A stretch of DNA of 64,000 nucleotides from Mobula birostris (Eukaryota), in NCBI RefSeq assembly GCF_030028105.1, contig NC_092379.1:87841006-87905005 (forward strand), read 5' to 3'. The position numbers and the translations under genes were made by a program. Below, piece after piece: positions 27,036 to 39,480 of this stretch (position 1 is its first letter; each line of letters begins with the position of its first letter). The notes under the pieces were generated by a model that saw only the letters and a list, made by a program, of their open reading frames with translations, searched no databases and was not told the origin of the DNA.

Positions 27036-27071
27036 AGTCCTGACGAAGGGTCTCGGCCTGAAACGTCGACT
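27036..27071 (+). ncRNA. Minimal type I hammerhead ribozyme (PLE-associated)
   Basis: agtcCTGACGAagggtctcggcctGAAAcgTCgact, intact core. Confidence 0.85.
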
Positions 27072-27290
27072 GCACCTCTTCCTACAGATGCTGCCTGGCC
27101 TGCTGCGTTCACCAGCAACTTTTATGTGTGTTGCTTAAAAAGAAAAAGGGCCCTTTTTTTAATGAAACAGTCTAATGTGCACATCGAGCTCACAGATTTC
27201 TGTCCATTAGTTTCCCATCGATTTCCTCCGAGCATCATCAACTCTCAACCCCATTCCAAGTAGCACTCCATCCTGCAGTCTATGACCTCT

Positions 27291-27507
27291 GCCACAGGAA
27301 GCAGTTGAGGCCAGTACATTGTCTATATTTAAGATGGAGTTAGATATGGCCCTTGTGGCTACAGGGATCAGGGGGTATGGAGGGAAGGCTGGGGTGGGGT
27401 TCTGAGTTGGACGATCAGCCATGATCATAATAAATGGTGGTGCAGGCTCGAAGGGCCAAATGGCCTACTCCTGCCCCTATTTTCTATGTTTCTATGTTTC
27501 TATGTTT
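27291..27507 (+). mobile_element. CR1 3' end nested in the LTR
   Basis: CR1 3' UTR ending in an 8-bp (ttctatgt)n tail; the LTR resumes at cattctggc. Confidence 0.85.
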
Positions 27508-28444
27508 CATTCTGGCATTTTCTCTCTCCATCTTCTGCCAAACAAAAGCCTGTGAATACCTCACTCTCAGGCACACAAGAAAGAAAAACACTCCCCTCAT
27601 TGGACGTCACACATTCCAAAACCCCCATTATCTCTAGTCATAACCCAAACACTGCTGATACAGAGAAGCCATTACATTAGCAGTGAAACCTTTCCCTGGG
27701 CGTTACATATAGAATTAAACCAACTGTGTACTAAAACTTGGTAAGACTGCACTTGGAGTATCATATACGGGCTTGGTCACCATCAAGCTCTAGAGAGGTT
27801 GCAGACATTTACAAGGAGAAAAAGATTTGCTTATCATGGAAAGAAAGGAAAGCTGTGCAGTGACCTTAGCAGGTCTATAAATGTTTTAATTGAGCAAAGA
27901 GAGAGAGATGGAGGGGGTTAAATGAAATTGCAGGCCATCAACATGAAAGACCACAAATAAACCTATTAGGGAATTCAGAAGAAATGTGCTATCTGAACAG
28001 AACTAGAATGCAGAAATTGCTCTCAAGGGGAACGGATAATCTAGGTTCATTTAAGTCACAGCTAGGAAATCTGCTATCCTTATTTATTCTGGTATACAGT
28101 ACATGCAGCTCATGACCCATAAATGTTGTCAACTCTTAACTGAATTCCTATTTCAGGCACAATTAAAGCTCTTAATTGGCTGGCAATAGCAGGACAATAT
28201 AGTCTGTCATTGCCAGCTATGCCCATGTCCACACTGAATGCATTAAAAAAAAACATCAACTCCCAAAGCAGAATGATTTCCTGAAGGTTTGACATTGGTG
28301 CCCCTTTAGTCATGATCTCATTGACTGGCAACAACTCAGTCAGAGAAATATCAGATACAGTGATCTGCTTGTAAGGCATTACAATGAGACTATGTGATCT
28401 GAATGAATATTCAGTAATGAGTAATGTCTCTCTGTCCACTATAA

Positions 28445-29055
28445 AATGCAGGATCTCCCAGTGGTTACAAATTTCATTAATCTTCCCATTCCCCTTTGGA
28501 CTTTTGTGTCCTTGTCCTCTTCTGCCATGATGAGGCTAAATTCAGGTTCAAGGAGCAACACCTTATATTCTGTCCGGGTAGCCTCCAATCTGATAGCATG
28601 AACATCCATTTCTCGACTTCTGGTGATTTCTTCTCCACCCCCACATCCTCTCTTTTCCTATTTCCAATTCTGGTTACTTTCTCACGCCTGATATTCTCCT
28701 CACCTGCCCATCACCTCCCTCTAGTTGCTCACCTCCTTTCCTCATGGTCCTCTTATCAGATTCCTTTTTATTCAGCCCTTTACCCTTTTCATCTATCCCC
28801 TCCCTACTTCTTACTTCATCCCTTCTCCCACACATGTCCACCTTCTCACCTCATCTCACCCATCACCTGACAGATCGTGCACCTCCCCACCCCCACCTCC
28901 TTATTTTGGCTTTTACCATCATCAATGTTCAATCCTGATAAAGGGTATCAGTCCGAAACATCGACTGTTTATTCTGTTTACAGATGCTGCTGAGTTTCTC
29001 CAGTATTTTCTGTGTATGGCTTAGGAATTCCAGCATATGCAGAATTGTTTGTTTT
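28445..29055 (+). mobile_element. Older PLE: GIY-YIG end and pLTR
   Basis: ORF 28496..28870 begins ..FKEQHLIFCPGSLQSDSMN; decayed hammerhead cctgataaag...ccgaaacatcgac near 28932-28966. Confidence 0.85.
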
Positions 29056-29159
29056 CTTTAAGGTAATATGTCTTTCAGCATATACCTGCTACATGTAGCT
29101 TGCTGTGACTTCTGTTATTCTGGCAGCTATTGGAAGAATTCCAGTAAACCTCTCAATAT

Positions 29160-29630
29160 GAAGACACACGAAAGGCTGCAGATACTGGGAACCTGGACAA
29201 AACACAAAATGCTGGAGGAAATCAGAAATTCAGGAAACATTCACAGAGGGAAAAGCACAGTTAAGATTTCAGGTTGACACCCTTCATCAGGGCTGGAAAG
29301 AAAGAGGAGAGATTATGGTCTAGAAGTGTTGGGGGGAATGGGTGAAGCTAGAGCTGGTGGGAGGGGAAGATGTGGAGGACAGGGGAGAGTGAGAATGATG
29401 GGAGGTGATGGGTGCAATTGACAAAGGGCTGAAGAAGTTGGAATCTGATGGAAAAGTGAGTGGATCATGGAATAAAGGGAAAGGGATCAGGAGGGAGGAA
29501 AGTATGTGTGATGCATAAATTGAGAGGGTAGGAGAGGGGAAAGAGAAGGGGTGATGGACCAATGTGATAAGGGGAAACAAGAGGGGGAGGGGAGAGGGGA
29601 GTAGTTACCACAAGTCAAAGAAATTAATGT
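29160..29630 (-). mobile_element. Older PLE pLTR
   Basis: acacaaaatgctggagga...cccttcatcagg (hammerhead remnant) followed by purine-rich pLTR body. Confidence 0.75.
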
Positions 29631-30519
29631 CCTTCACAAAACAAATTATCTTTTGTTACATACTTTGTTTCAGTAAAAGTCAAAATTAGATAAAAGGAAG
29701 ACAATCCACAATGTATTTTGTGTGTCTTTCAGTATCAGCTCAGGAAGTGGAATAAATTAATCCAAACATTTTTAATCCACGTCTCTTGTACAAAATTGAT
29801 TGAGCTAACAGGAATTTGCTGCATTCATCATCTAACTCCTGCTGCCTGTGATTATTATTTTATGGTCCCAATCTGTCTCGTTTAACCTTTATCATGATCC
29901 TTATATACACAGATATATGTAACCTCAGACTGTGCACTCATCATTGTCAAAGTGACAGGGATAAATAAAACATGAATTAAGTTATTTCTGACTAAAAAAA
30001 ATGATTTCAGTGAACAAGTGGCGACTCATTTTCTTGCATGCTTGATTTTCTGTTGTAAGGAAAACATTGAAAATTGGTGCACAGCTGGCTAACAAACCCT
30101 TGGTTAGCTGTGAAACTGTTCCTCCAAGGTAGATGGGTTAATTCATATTGCTGTGAATGAAGTACCTGCAGTGAACCAGATGAACACCATTGCACCAAGC
30201 CGCTTCCTCTGTAGTGCTCTCAAATTTTCTGTGATCTCGCACTTAGTTCTACAACTACATAATCCAAAAGAACATCTGTTCCATGTGACCTGAGAACCAG
30301 AATCCAGAGAGACACTTCAGATACTTTTCTCACAAACCTTTGACTTACAAGCTGTCAGTAAAAGTGTGCTGCTGTCAACAGAGTGCTGAAAGTCAGGGAA
30401 ATAAGCTATCTCTTTGGTTAGTATGTGGCAAATAGTTAAGGTCTAACCTGCCTCTAAGATTTAAACTGGGAAAGCTTTGATGGTAAGATAATAAAAATAG
30501 GAAATCAAAATAACTTGAA

Positions 30520-33500
30520 GTTACAAGTTATTACAGAGTTATACAGGAGGGAAACAGTACCTTTGCTCCAACTAGCCAAGTAAATCAAGGCTCCTTTCTG
30601 AGTTTGTTTGCATTTGGCCCATAGCCCTTTAAACCTTAACTAACTATATAGCTGTTTTAATCTGAATTATTGCAATTGCATTCACCTATATCACTTCCTC
30701 TGGCAGTTAATTCCTTATTCACACCACCCTCTGTTTAAAAGGGTTAGCCCTCTTTAATTATTTTCCCTCACACTCATTTCCTCTGATTTTAGATTCAGTT
30801 CCTCTGGGAGAACTATTGTGACCAACTACCTTATTTATGTCCCTCATAGTTTTATGACATCTATAAGGTCACTCCTCAGTTTTCATCTGTCCCGGAAAAA
30901 CATCTAGCGTCTCCTTATGACTCAAACCATCCAGTCCTGTTAACATCTTTGTGTGTTTTTTTTTCTACAGCCTCTCTAGCATAATCAAACCCTGCCCTGG
31001 GGTATGGTGAGCAGAACTGCAGACAGTATGCCATAGGTACAGAATTAGGCCACTCAGCCCATCGAGTCTCCTCCAGCATTCCAGCATAGCTGACAAATTA
31101 TCTCTCTCAAAACCATTATCCTACCTTCTCCCTGTAACCGTTGATATCCTGACTAATAAAGAACCTATCAACCTCAGCTTTAAATGTACTCAATGACTTG
31201 GCCTCCATAGTCATCTGTGGCACTAAATTCCACAGGTTCATCACCTTTTGGCTAAGAAAATTCCTCTTCATCTCTGGTCTAAGTGGATGTCTTTCCATTC
31301 TGAGGCTGTGACATCTGGTCCTAGTCTCACCCACTATTGGAAACATCCTCTCCACATCCACTCTATATAGGTCTTTCAATATTTAATAACTTCAAAGGGA
31401 TCTCCCCTCTTGCTTCTGAACACCACCAAATGCTCCTTATATGTCAACTCTTTAATTCCTGGAATCATTCTTGTGAAAATTCTCTGGACCTTCTTCAATG
31501 CCTGCACATCTTTTCTTAGAAAAGAGGTCCCAACTGCTCACAATACTTCAGGTGGTCTGACCAATGCCTTATAAAGCTTCAGAATCACATCCTTGTTCTT
31601 ATATTCTAGTACTAGCAAAATGAATGCTAACCTTGCACTTGCCTTCCTTACCACCGCTTCAAACAGCAAATTAACCTTTAGGGAATACTGCACAAGGAGT
31701 CCCAAGACCCTTTACACTTCAGATTTTTGAATTTTATCTCCATTTAGAAAAAAAGTGTATGCCTTTATTCCTTCTCCCAAAGTGCATGAACATACACTTC
31801 CCTACAGTATATTCCATTTGCCACTTCTTTACTTATTCTGCCAATCCATTCTGCAGACTCCCTGCTTCCTCAGCACTACCTGCCCCTCCACCTATCTTTG
31901 TATCATCTGCAAATTTGGTCACAATGCTATCAATTCTGTCATCCAAATCATTGACATATAATGTGAAAAGAAACAATCCCAATACCAGCCACTGCAGAAA
32001 ACCACCAGTCACCAGCAGCCAGCCAGAATAGGCTCTCTTTGTTCCCACACTTTTCCTCTTGCCATTCAGTCAATCTTCTATCCATGCTAATATCTTTCCT
32101 GTAATATCATGGGCTCCTATCTTGTTAAGCAGCTTCATGCATGGTACCTTGTCAAAGATCGTCAGAAAACCCAAGTAAACAATATCCACCAACTCTCCTT
32201 TGTCTATCCTACCTCAAAAAACTCCAACAAATTTGACAGGAAAGATTTCTCCTGGAGGAAACCACACTGACTTTGATTTATTTTATCATGTGCCTCAAGT
32301 ATCCTGAAACCTCATCCTTAATAATGGAGTCCAACATCTTCCTACCAACTGAAATCAGGATTACTGGCTTATATTTTCCTTTCTTTTGCCTCCCTCCCTT
32401 CTTAAGCAGTGGTGTGACAGATGTAATTTTCCAGTTCACCAGAACCATTACAGAATTTACTGATTCTTGAATGAACACTACTAATGCTATTACAATCTCT
32501 TCAGCTAGCTGTTTCAGAACCCTGAGGTGTAGCCCATTTCATCCAGGTGACTTATCGACCTACATACCTTTCTCCTTCTCCTTAGTAATAGAAACTGCAC
32601 TCACTTCTTCCCCCTGACACTCTTGAATTTCTGGCATACTGCTAGTATCTTCCACAGTGAAGACTGATGCAAATGTGTACTAAGTTTGTCTGCCATTTTT
32701 TCTCCCCCATCAATACATCTCCAGTGTCATTTTTCAGTGACCTAATAAGCACAATTGCATCTCTTTTTCTCTTTATATATCTGGGAAAAGTTCTTTAGAT
32801 AACCTTTGTTATATGATTGGCATATTTCATCTTTTCTCTCTTTATGGTTTTAAGTTTGCCTGTTGTTTTTTTAAAAAATTCCCAATCCTCTAACTCCCCA
32901 GTAATATTTGCCATATTATATGCCTTCTATTTGCTTTCAAGCTCTCTTTGACTTCCCTTGAGAGCCACAGTTGCTTCATCCTCCCTTTGGAATACTTCTT
33001 CATCTTTGGGATGTATTAATCCTGCATTTTCCAAATTTCCCCCAGAAACTCCAGCCATTGCTGTTCTGCCATCGTCCCTGATAGTGTTCCCTTCCAGTCC
33101 GCTTTGGCCAGCTCCTCTCTTATGCCTCTGTAATTATCTTTACTCCTCTGTAATATTCATAGATTTAACTTTATCTTCTCCCTTTCAACCTGCAGGCTGA
33201 ATTCTATCATATTATGATCAGTGCCTCCCTAAAGAACACTTTGCCTTAAGCACCCTAATCAAATCCGGTTCATTACACAACAGCCAATCCAGAATTGCTT
33301 TTCTTCTATTGGACTCAAACAAAAGCTGCTCTAAAAAGCCATCTTGTAATCATTCTACAAATTCCCTCTCTTGGGATCCCGCACAAATCTAATTTTTTCC
33401 AATCTACCTGAATAATGAAATCCCCCATGACCCTCATAGCATGACATGCCTTAACTATCTCCCATTATACTTTACATTCCACATCCTGGCTACTATTTGG

Positions 33501-34215
33501 TTCAATGGCTCAATTGTTCAATTCAATATCAGAAAATCTGCATAGTATACAACTTGGAATTCTTACTCTTCACAGACATCCATGAATCAGAAGAAAAACC
33601 CCAAAGAACGAACGACAGAATACCTTAGAACTCCACAGTCCCAACTCCTCACTGCCATGTAGATGTAGCAGCAAAAGCTGCAAACCTCTTCCACCCATCA
33701 TGCAAATAATAGCAAATCCCACCCCCAGAGTCCATCAAAAAAACTACTGTCCATCCCAAGACTATGACATCTCACAGGACCATCCTCTCACTAATGAAGG
33801 AGAGAGTGATATCACTCCTGCGACAGGAAGAGGGGAGAGCAACAGCTCAGTGTTTCGATGTTACAATCTGTAAATTTGTTTATTTGAGTTTGGGGGCCTG
33901 TATGTAACTCCCATTAGTGTCTCTTTATCCTTGCAGATTCTTAACTCTACCTGCAAGGATCCTACATCTGTTGATCCTCTAGCTTATTCCATATACTGCG
34001 TACATTCAAATATAACACTTTCAGTCCTGTATTCATCACCCTTTTTGATTTTGCCCCCTATGTTACACTTCAACTCATCCCACCGACTGCAATTTTGCCC
34101 TATCATCTGCCTGTCCTTCCTCACAGTTTCACTACACAATGCATCAAGCTGTACACCAATTGCCCCCTGCTCAGCCCTATCACTCTGGTTCCCATCCGCC
34201 CCAAATTAGTTTAAA
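30520..34215 (-). mobile_element. CR1 fragments (30520-31030, and 31030-34215 ORF2)
   Basis: ORFs 31116..31379, 31833..32048 (KFADDTKIGG) and 32278..32478. Confidence 0.88.
33499..33885 (-). mobile_element. Non-autonomous LINE-tailed repeat nested in CR1
   Basis: (ggttcaat)-like tail; host CR1 is split at ctatttgg|gggcctgtatg with tttgg on both sides. Confidence 0.55.
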
Positions 34216-34379
34216 CACTCTGGACGGCAATTTTCCAGATGTTCTCTTACTTGAGTGATCAATCTGAAAACCAGCTCTCGACTACTGCCCTCTGATTCCT
34301 ACCACTGATATAACTGCACTTATGCCCAAGAAAAAGACATGACAATGTCTCATGTTTGAGTTAAATTTTTAAATCTTCA

Positions 34380-35450
34380 TATAGAAAATAGAACATAGAG
34401 CATTACTTCACAGGAAGAGGCCTTTTGGCCAATGATGTCTGTGCTAATCGTGATACCATCCCATCTGCCTTCACATAGTCTATATTTCTCTAATTGCTTC
34501 CAGTATATGAGTTCATTTGAATGGTTTGATCATATTTGCTACTCCCACCACCCTTGAGAGTGTACTTCAGGCACCTAACTTCTATTGTGTTAAAAAAAAA
34601 CTTGTCCTGCACATCTCCATTGAACTTCTTACTTCTTACCTTAATGCTATGCCCTATAGTATTGGCCATGTTCACCGTGGTAAAAGGACTAACTATCCTA
34701 TGTCTGTCTCTCAAAATTTTATAAGCTCCTATCCTGTTTCCCCTCAGCATCTGATGTACCAGAGAAAACATGTTTATCTGACCTCTCCTTAGTGCTTATA
34801 CAGAACATCCCAGTGAACTTATTCTACATCTGTTCCAAAGTCTCCATATTCTACCTGTAATGTGACCACTAGAGCTGTATACAGTATGCCACAGAGAGCT
34901 TCATCAAAGTTTTATTCCAAACTTTCATGCTGAATTCCCCAGCTGATGAAGATAATCGATTCATATGATTTCTTGCCATCCTAACTGTGTTTCTAATTTC
35001 AGAACCTATAGATTTGAACCCCAAGATTGGTCTACATTTCAATACTTCTAAATGCTCTGGAATTTACTGTTAATTTGCATTTGACCTCCCAAAATTATCA
35101 GCTCACACATATCCGGATTAAAACCTATCTGCCATTTCTCCACCCAAATTCCAGCTGATTTATATCTTACTATATCCTTTGACAACCTTCCCCAATATCC
35201 ACAGCTTCACCAACGCTCATGTGGTCTCCAATTTACTAATCAAGACCACCTGCGTATTCATTCACATAATTTATATATATATTACTAAAAACTGAGATAA
35301 TATCAATGATTCTGTAGGAAACATTGGTCACCATCCTCCATGCATAAAATGAACTTCTTTTTTGACCAGGCTAACTTTGCTTCCAAATTACCAACTAACT
35401 GAGGATGCCAATGGACATGAATGTCTTAATCTGTGAAGATAGTTTCCTTT
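34380..35450 (-). mobile_element. Old CR1 3' fragment
   Basis: Tail atagaaaatagaacatag; ORF 34490..34771 has LRGNRIGAYKILR. Confidence 0.75.
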
Positions 35451-36699
35451 AATCCTCTTTCAAACTCTTTAATTACCTATCATTCTTCTATTCACTGTGA
35501 TTGTTTTTTGAACCAGAGCCCAGACAACTAAAAGGAGCATAGTTGATTCAGATAGAATGCATAATCTCTTTCCCACTAGAGATCCTTTTCTGCCTTTGAT
35601 CTGTGCTTAAAGAGGATGATGACTAGAAGGTGGGGTAGTGCAGGTGCCTCCTAGGCAACATTAGAGCATGAAGATGGTCTCCCTTTCTTCATTTTTGTGC
35701 CAAGTGTGCAGCAACCTTCCCTCCCCACTTGCCAAGCATATTCATGTCTTGCTGGTGGAGGCTACTTCCAGACTTTCTGTCTACTGATTTGAGATTAGTT
35801 TATGTGAATTTTTGAAACAGTTGCAACTTTATTTTGCATTTAGTACATGTGACTGGGGACAAATTTCTAACATCTTTTCGCTTCTCTTTAACATCATGCC
35901 ATCAATCTTGGAACTTTTCTCTTTTTATGTTTATTAATTTTGTGTTGGTGATGCACAGACAACCCTCTTCCTGACTTCTCTGCTTTAAATATTTGATGGA
36001 TGGATGCTGAAGTTTCTGTCAAATAGAAGTGCCTTTCCAACCTGTAATGACAAGCATAATTCAGATTAAGCAGGCAAATCATTTTAGTAATATCCACTTT
36101 CGATTAGTTTAAGTCCTTTCCACTTTGCTTCCTTGAGATGATAATTTGTGATGAATCTTAATCTTAATCTTTTTCTTTCCAGTATCAATAGAGGTAAGTT
36201 ATAGGGAAAATCTTTGAAGCTAACAATGAAGATGATATTGCAAGAAACTTGGAAATATTCAAAATAAACTCAACATGGCTTTAAGACAGAGGAAGCTTAT
36301 TTGACCAAGTTTTTGGAGGTCTTTGAAGAACTAAAATGTGGTTTCAAAATTCAAATTACATTTATTATCAATGCATATATATACAGATTACATCTCTGAG
36401 ATTTATTTTTCTGTAGGCAGCCACGAAAAAAAGAAACGACATGGAACCTGTTCAAAGAAAACTTCAAACACTAAATGCACGAAAAAAAGAACAAATTCTG
36501 CAAATGGCAAACAGTGAGTGAACAGCACATAGGATGTTAAACATCAATCCGGGAGTCTGGGAATCTTCCATTTACTTCAGTTCAGTACCACACCACGAGC
36601 CCAGTACAGTCTTCACCAGAGCACCCAGTCTTCACCGATCGCCCTGACCAAACCGATCAAAAACAGCAAAAAAGAGTAACCAGAATCCAGAAACGCATA

Positions 36700-36993
36700 C
36701 AACACACATCAAGGTTGCTGGTGAACGTAGCAGGCCAGGCAGCATCTCTAGGAAGTGATACAGTCAACGTTTCAGGCCGAGACCCTTCGTCAGGGCTAAC
36801 TGAAGGAAGAACTAGTAAGAGTAAGATCAAGTCTCTTACTAGCTCTTCCTTCAGTTAGTCCTGATGAAGGGTCTCGGCCTGAAACGTCGACTGTACCTCT
36901 TCCTAGAGATGCTGCCTGGCCTGTTGCGTTCACCAGCAACTTTGATGTGCATTGCTTGAATTTCCAGCATCTGCAGAATTCCTCGTGTTTGCG
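36700..36993. mobile_element. PLE pLTR inverted repeat (122-bp arms, 11-nt spacer) with two hammerheads
   Basis: Arms 36700-36821 and 36833-36954, tail 36955-36993; flanking duplication atccagaaac(g/a)cat(a/g)caac at 36685-36703 and 36994-37012. Confidence 0.92.
36857..36892 (+). ncRNA. Minimal type I hammerhead ribozyme
   Basis: agtcCTGATGAagggtctcggcctGAAAcgTCgact. Confidence 0.85.
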
Positions 36994-37374
36994 ATCCAGA
37001 AACACATGCAACCTTAAGCTCAAAGTCCCCCAAAACAAGTCCACAGCCACAAGCCAATCAATCCTTGCAATGAGGAACCCAAGACTCGATTATGGGGGAC
37101 CAGTGTACACTATATACTTGAAGCTTCTTTAAATGTTATTGAAGGTATTGATGTAAAAGCTCTTTGTGTAGGAGGTAGCATACAAGTAACAAAGAATGGG
37201 CATAAAGGAAATCTTTCTGATTTAAAAGATATCTTGAAAGGTCTGCCACTGCAATCAGAGCTGGACCTTAAACTTTTATAATTTTCTGTATATAAATTAC
37301 ATAAATAAAGGCAAGACATTTACTGATGACTGAGAAATACAAAGGAACGTAGGTAACTTAGAAGGGTACAAAGT

Positions 37375-38810
37375 CATAGGAGTCCATAAGACCATAAGAC
37401 ATAGGAGCAGAATTAGGCCATTTTGCCCATCAAGTCTGTTCCCCATTTCATCATGGCTGATCTTATTTTCCTCTTAGCCCTAATCTCCTGCTTTCTCCTC
37501 ATATCCCTTCATGCCCTGATCAGTCAAGGACCTATCTACCTCTGCTTTAAATATACATAAGGACTTGGCCGCCACAGCTCCTTGTGGCAAAGAATACCAC
37601 AGATGCATCACTCTTTGGCTAAAGTTCCTCCTCACTTCTGTTCTAAAAGGAGACCCCTCTTTTCTGAGCCTGTGTTCTCTGACTCTCCCACCATAAGGAC
37701 TTTGCAATTCAGCTTTTCTGTTTTCTCTCCATTTAGAAAATAGTCAATCCTTTCATTTCTTCTATCAAAGTGCATGACCATACAGTTCCCATTACAGTAT
37801 TCCATCTGCCATTTCTTTGCCCAGTCTCCTAATCTGCCTAAAACCTTCAGTAGGCCCTCTACATCCTCTAAACTACTTGCCCCTCCATCTATCTTCAGAT
37901 TGTCTGCAAACTTTGCAACAAAATTAATTCTATCTTTCAAATCATTGACATATAACTTTAAAAATACTGTTCCCAACACAGACCCCTTTGGAACACCAGT
38001 AGTCTCCGGCAGCCAGCTAGAAAAGCCTCCCTTTATTCCCACTCTTCGCCTCCTGCCAGTCAGCCACTGCTTTATCTATTTTTGAATCTTTCATGTAACA
38101 CCATGGCCTCATAGCTTGTAAAGCAGGCTCATGTGTGGAACCTTCTGAAAATCCAAGTACACATCATCAACCAATTCTCCTTTGTCTATCTGCTTGTTAT
38201 TTCTCCAAATAATTCCAAACAATATGTCAGACAAGATTTTTCCTTGAGGAAACTATGCTGACTACAGCATACTTTATCATGTGCCTCCAAGTACCCTGAA
38301 ACCTCATCCTTAATAATCAAGTCCAACATCTTCCCAACCACTGAGGTCAGACTAACTAGCCTATAGTTTCCTTTCTTCTGCCTCCTTTCCTTCTTGAAGA
38401 GTGAAGTGATATTTGAAATTTTCCAGTCTTCCAGAACCATTGAAGAAACTAGTAGTTCTTGAAGGATCATTACTAATGTCTCCATGATCTCTTCAGCCAC
38501 CCCTTTCATAACTCAGGGATGTATACCATCTGGTCCAGTGACTTCTCTACCTTCAGAACTTTCTGTTTCTCAAGAACTTTCTCTCTAGTTATGGTAACTT
38601 CACACACTTCATGACTCCGACACCTGGAACTTCCACCATACTATTTGTGTCTTCCACAATGAAGACTGATGCAAAATGCTTATTCAGTTTATCCGCCATT
38701 TTGTTGTTCCCCATTACTACCTCTCCAGCATTGTTTTCCAGCAGTCCGGTATCCACTTTCTCCTCGCTTTTACACTTCATGTACCTGAAGAAACTTTTGG
38801 TATCTAATCT
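37375..38810 (-). mobile_element. CR1 LINE RT fragment with internal deletion
   Basis: ORFs 37480..37707, 37632..38042 (GVPKGSVLG..KFADNLK) and 38186..38509. Confidence 0.9.
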
Positions 38811-38819
38811 AACTTAATC

Positions 38820-39480
38820 TATGTGGATAGATTAGATCAGTGGGAAAAGATATAGCAAATGTAATATAATGCAACCAAAAAGTCAAAAGTGTCTATTTTG
38901 GCAGGAAAATAAAATGCACATGTTATCAGAAATTTTAAGAGCTCTGAGATGCAGATGGGTCTGGGTGTCCTTGTATTGATTTGCGAAAGAAAGTATGTGT
39001 GGACAACCAATAATTTAGCATGGGTAAATTGTTTTATGTGCAACAAATAGACATAATAGACTTTTATCTGTTGAAGTTTAAAGGAACAAGAACGTATTGG
39101 ATTAAAATATTGCATATAAGACCTTGATGGTTTTAAAGATAAGAGGTAAATACTTAAAAATAAGGGATCATTTAGAGAAAACTGTTTTGGTTTTCTCTCT
39201 GATAAAGGGTTATGTATGGTCCGTGCCATTACTTTCCGTAAAAGGCAGTGAAAACTGAGGTTTTGAATATTATTCCTGACGAAGGGTCTCGGCCCGAAAC
39301 GTCAGCTGTACCTCTTCCTAGAGATGCTGCCTGGCCTGCTGCATTCACCAGCAACTTTGATGTGTGTTGTTTTGAATATTATAATGGTTGAAGTAGATAC
39401 TAGTTTAATTAGCAAGTGGGATAAAAGGTTAGCATTGCAGAGTTAAGGTTACAATTAGATTAATCATCTCACTAAGTGGC
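38820..39480 (+). mobile_element. Old CR1 3' fragment (likely continuous with remnants at 36185-36335 and 37070-37340)
   Basis: Degenerate gatagattag...ggtctgggtgtccttgta motifs. Confidence 0.55.
39274..39368 (+). mobile_element. 95-bp PLE insertion consisting of hammerhead core and pLTR end
   Basis: tcCTGACGAagggtctcggcccGAAAcgtc...gatgtgtgtt, flanked by a perfect 14-bp TSD gttttgaatattat (39260-39273 and 39369-39382). Confidence 0.92.

Larger units (their letters stand above)
25902..27136. mobile_element. Young Neptune-type PLE with inverted pLTR arms
   Basis: Minus copy 25902-26690 plus inverted copy 26691-27136 (reverse complement of about 25937-26383); TSD aaaaagaaaaag at 25890-25901 and 27137-27148. 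Confidence 0.92.
24144..27707 (-). mobile_element. Non-autonomous, internally deleted Gypsy-like LTR retrotransposon
   Basis: Two TG...CA direct repeats (24144-24967 and 25684-27707, each with nested insertions), a PBS and a PPT, and an internal region of about 715 bp. Confidence 0.85.
25684..27707 (-). repeat. 5' LTR carrying nested PLE and CR1 insertions
   Basis: tgtaaccc...gcgttaca; homologous to 24144-24967 once the inserts are removed. Confidence 0.85.
23800..28070 (+). mobile_element. Old CR1 fragment split by the LTR element (pieces 23800-24143 and 27708-28070)
   Basis: gtggataataatgctaaa...acaaatgtgag before the LTR element; ttggtaagactgcacttggagtat (LVRLHLEY) after it. Confidence 0.65.
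36340..37060 (-). mobile_element. Rex/Babar-tailed non-autonomous repeat, host of the PLE hairpin
   Basis: ttcaaaattcaaattacatttattatcaa tail homologous to 49097 and 1712. Confidence 0.55.

Noticed and set aside
25750-27263. Multiple 90-150 aa ORFs (MLINAAGQAASLGRG..., MPILWVPPP...), repeated near 63329
   Set aside because: They are chance frames across the purine/pyrimidine-skewed PLE pLTR and recur only because the repeat recurs.
30165-30288. Possible minus-strand exon with ag/gt boundaries and one open frame
   Set aside because: The peptide is not recognised and nothing else supports it.
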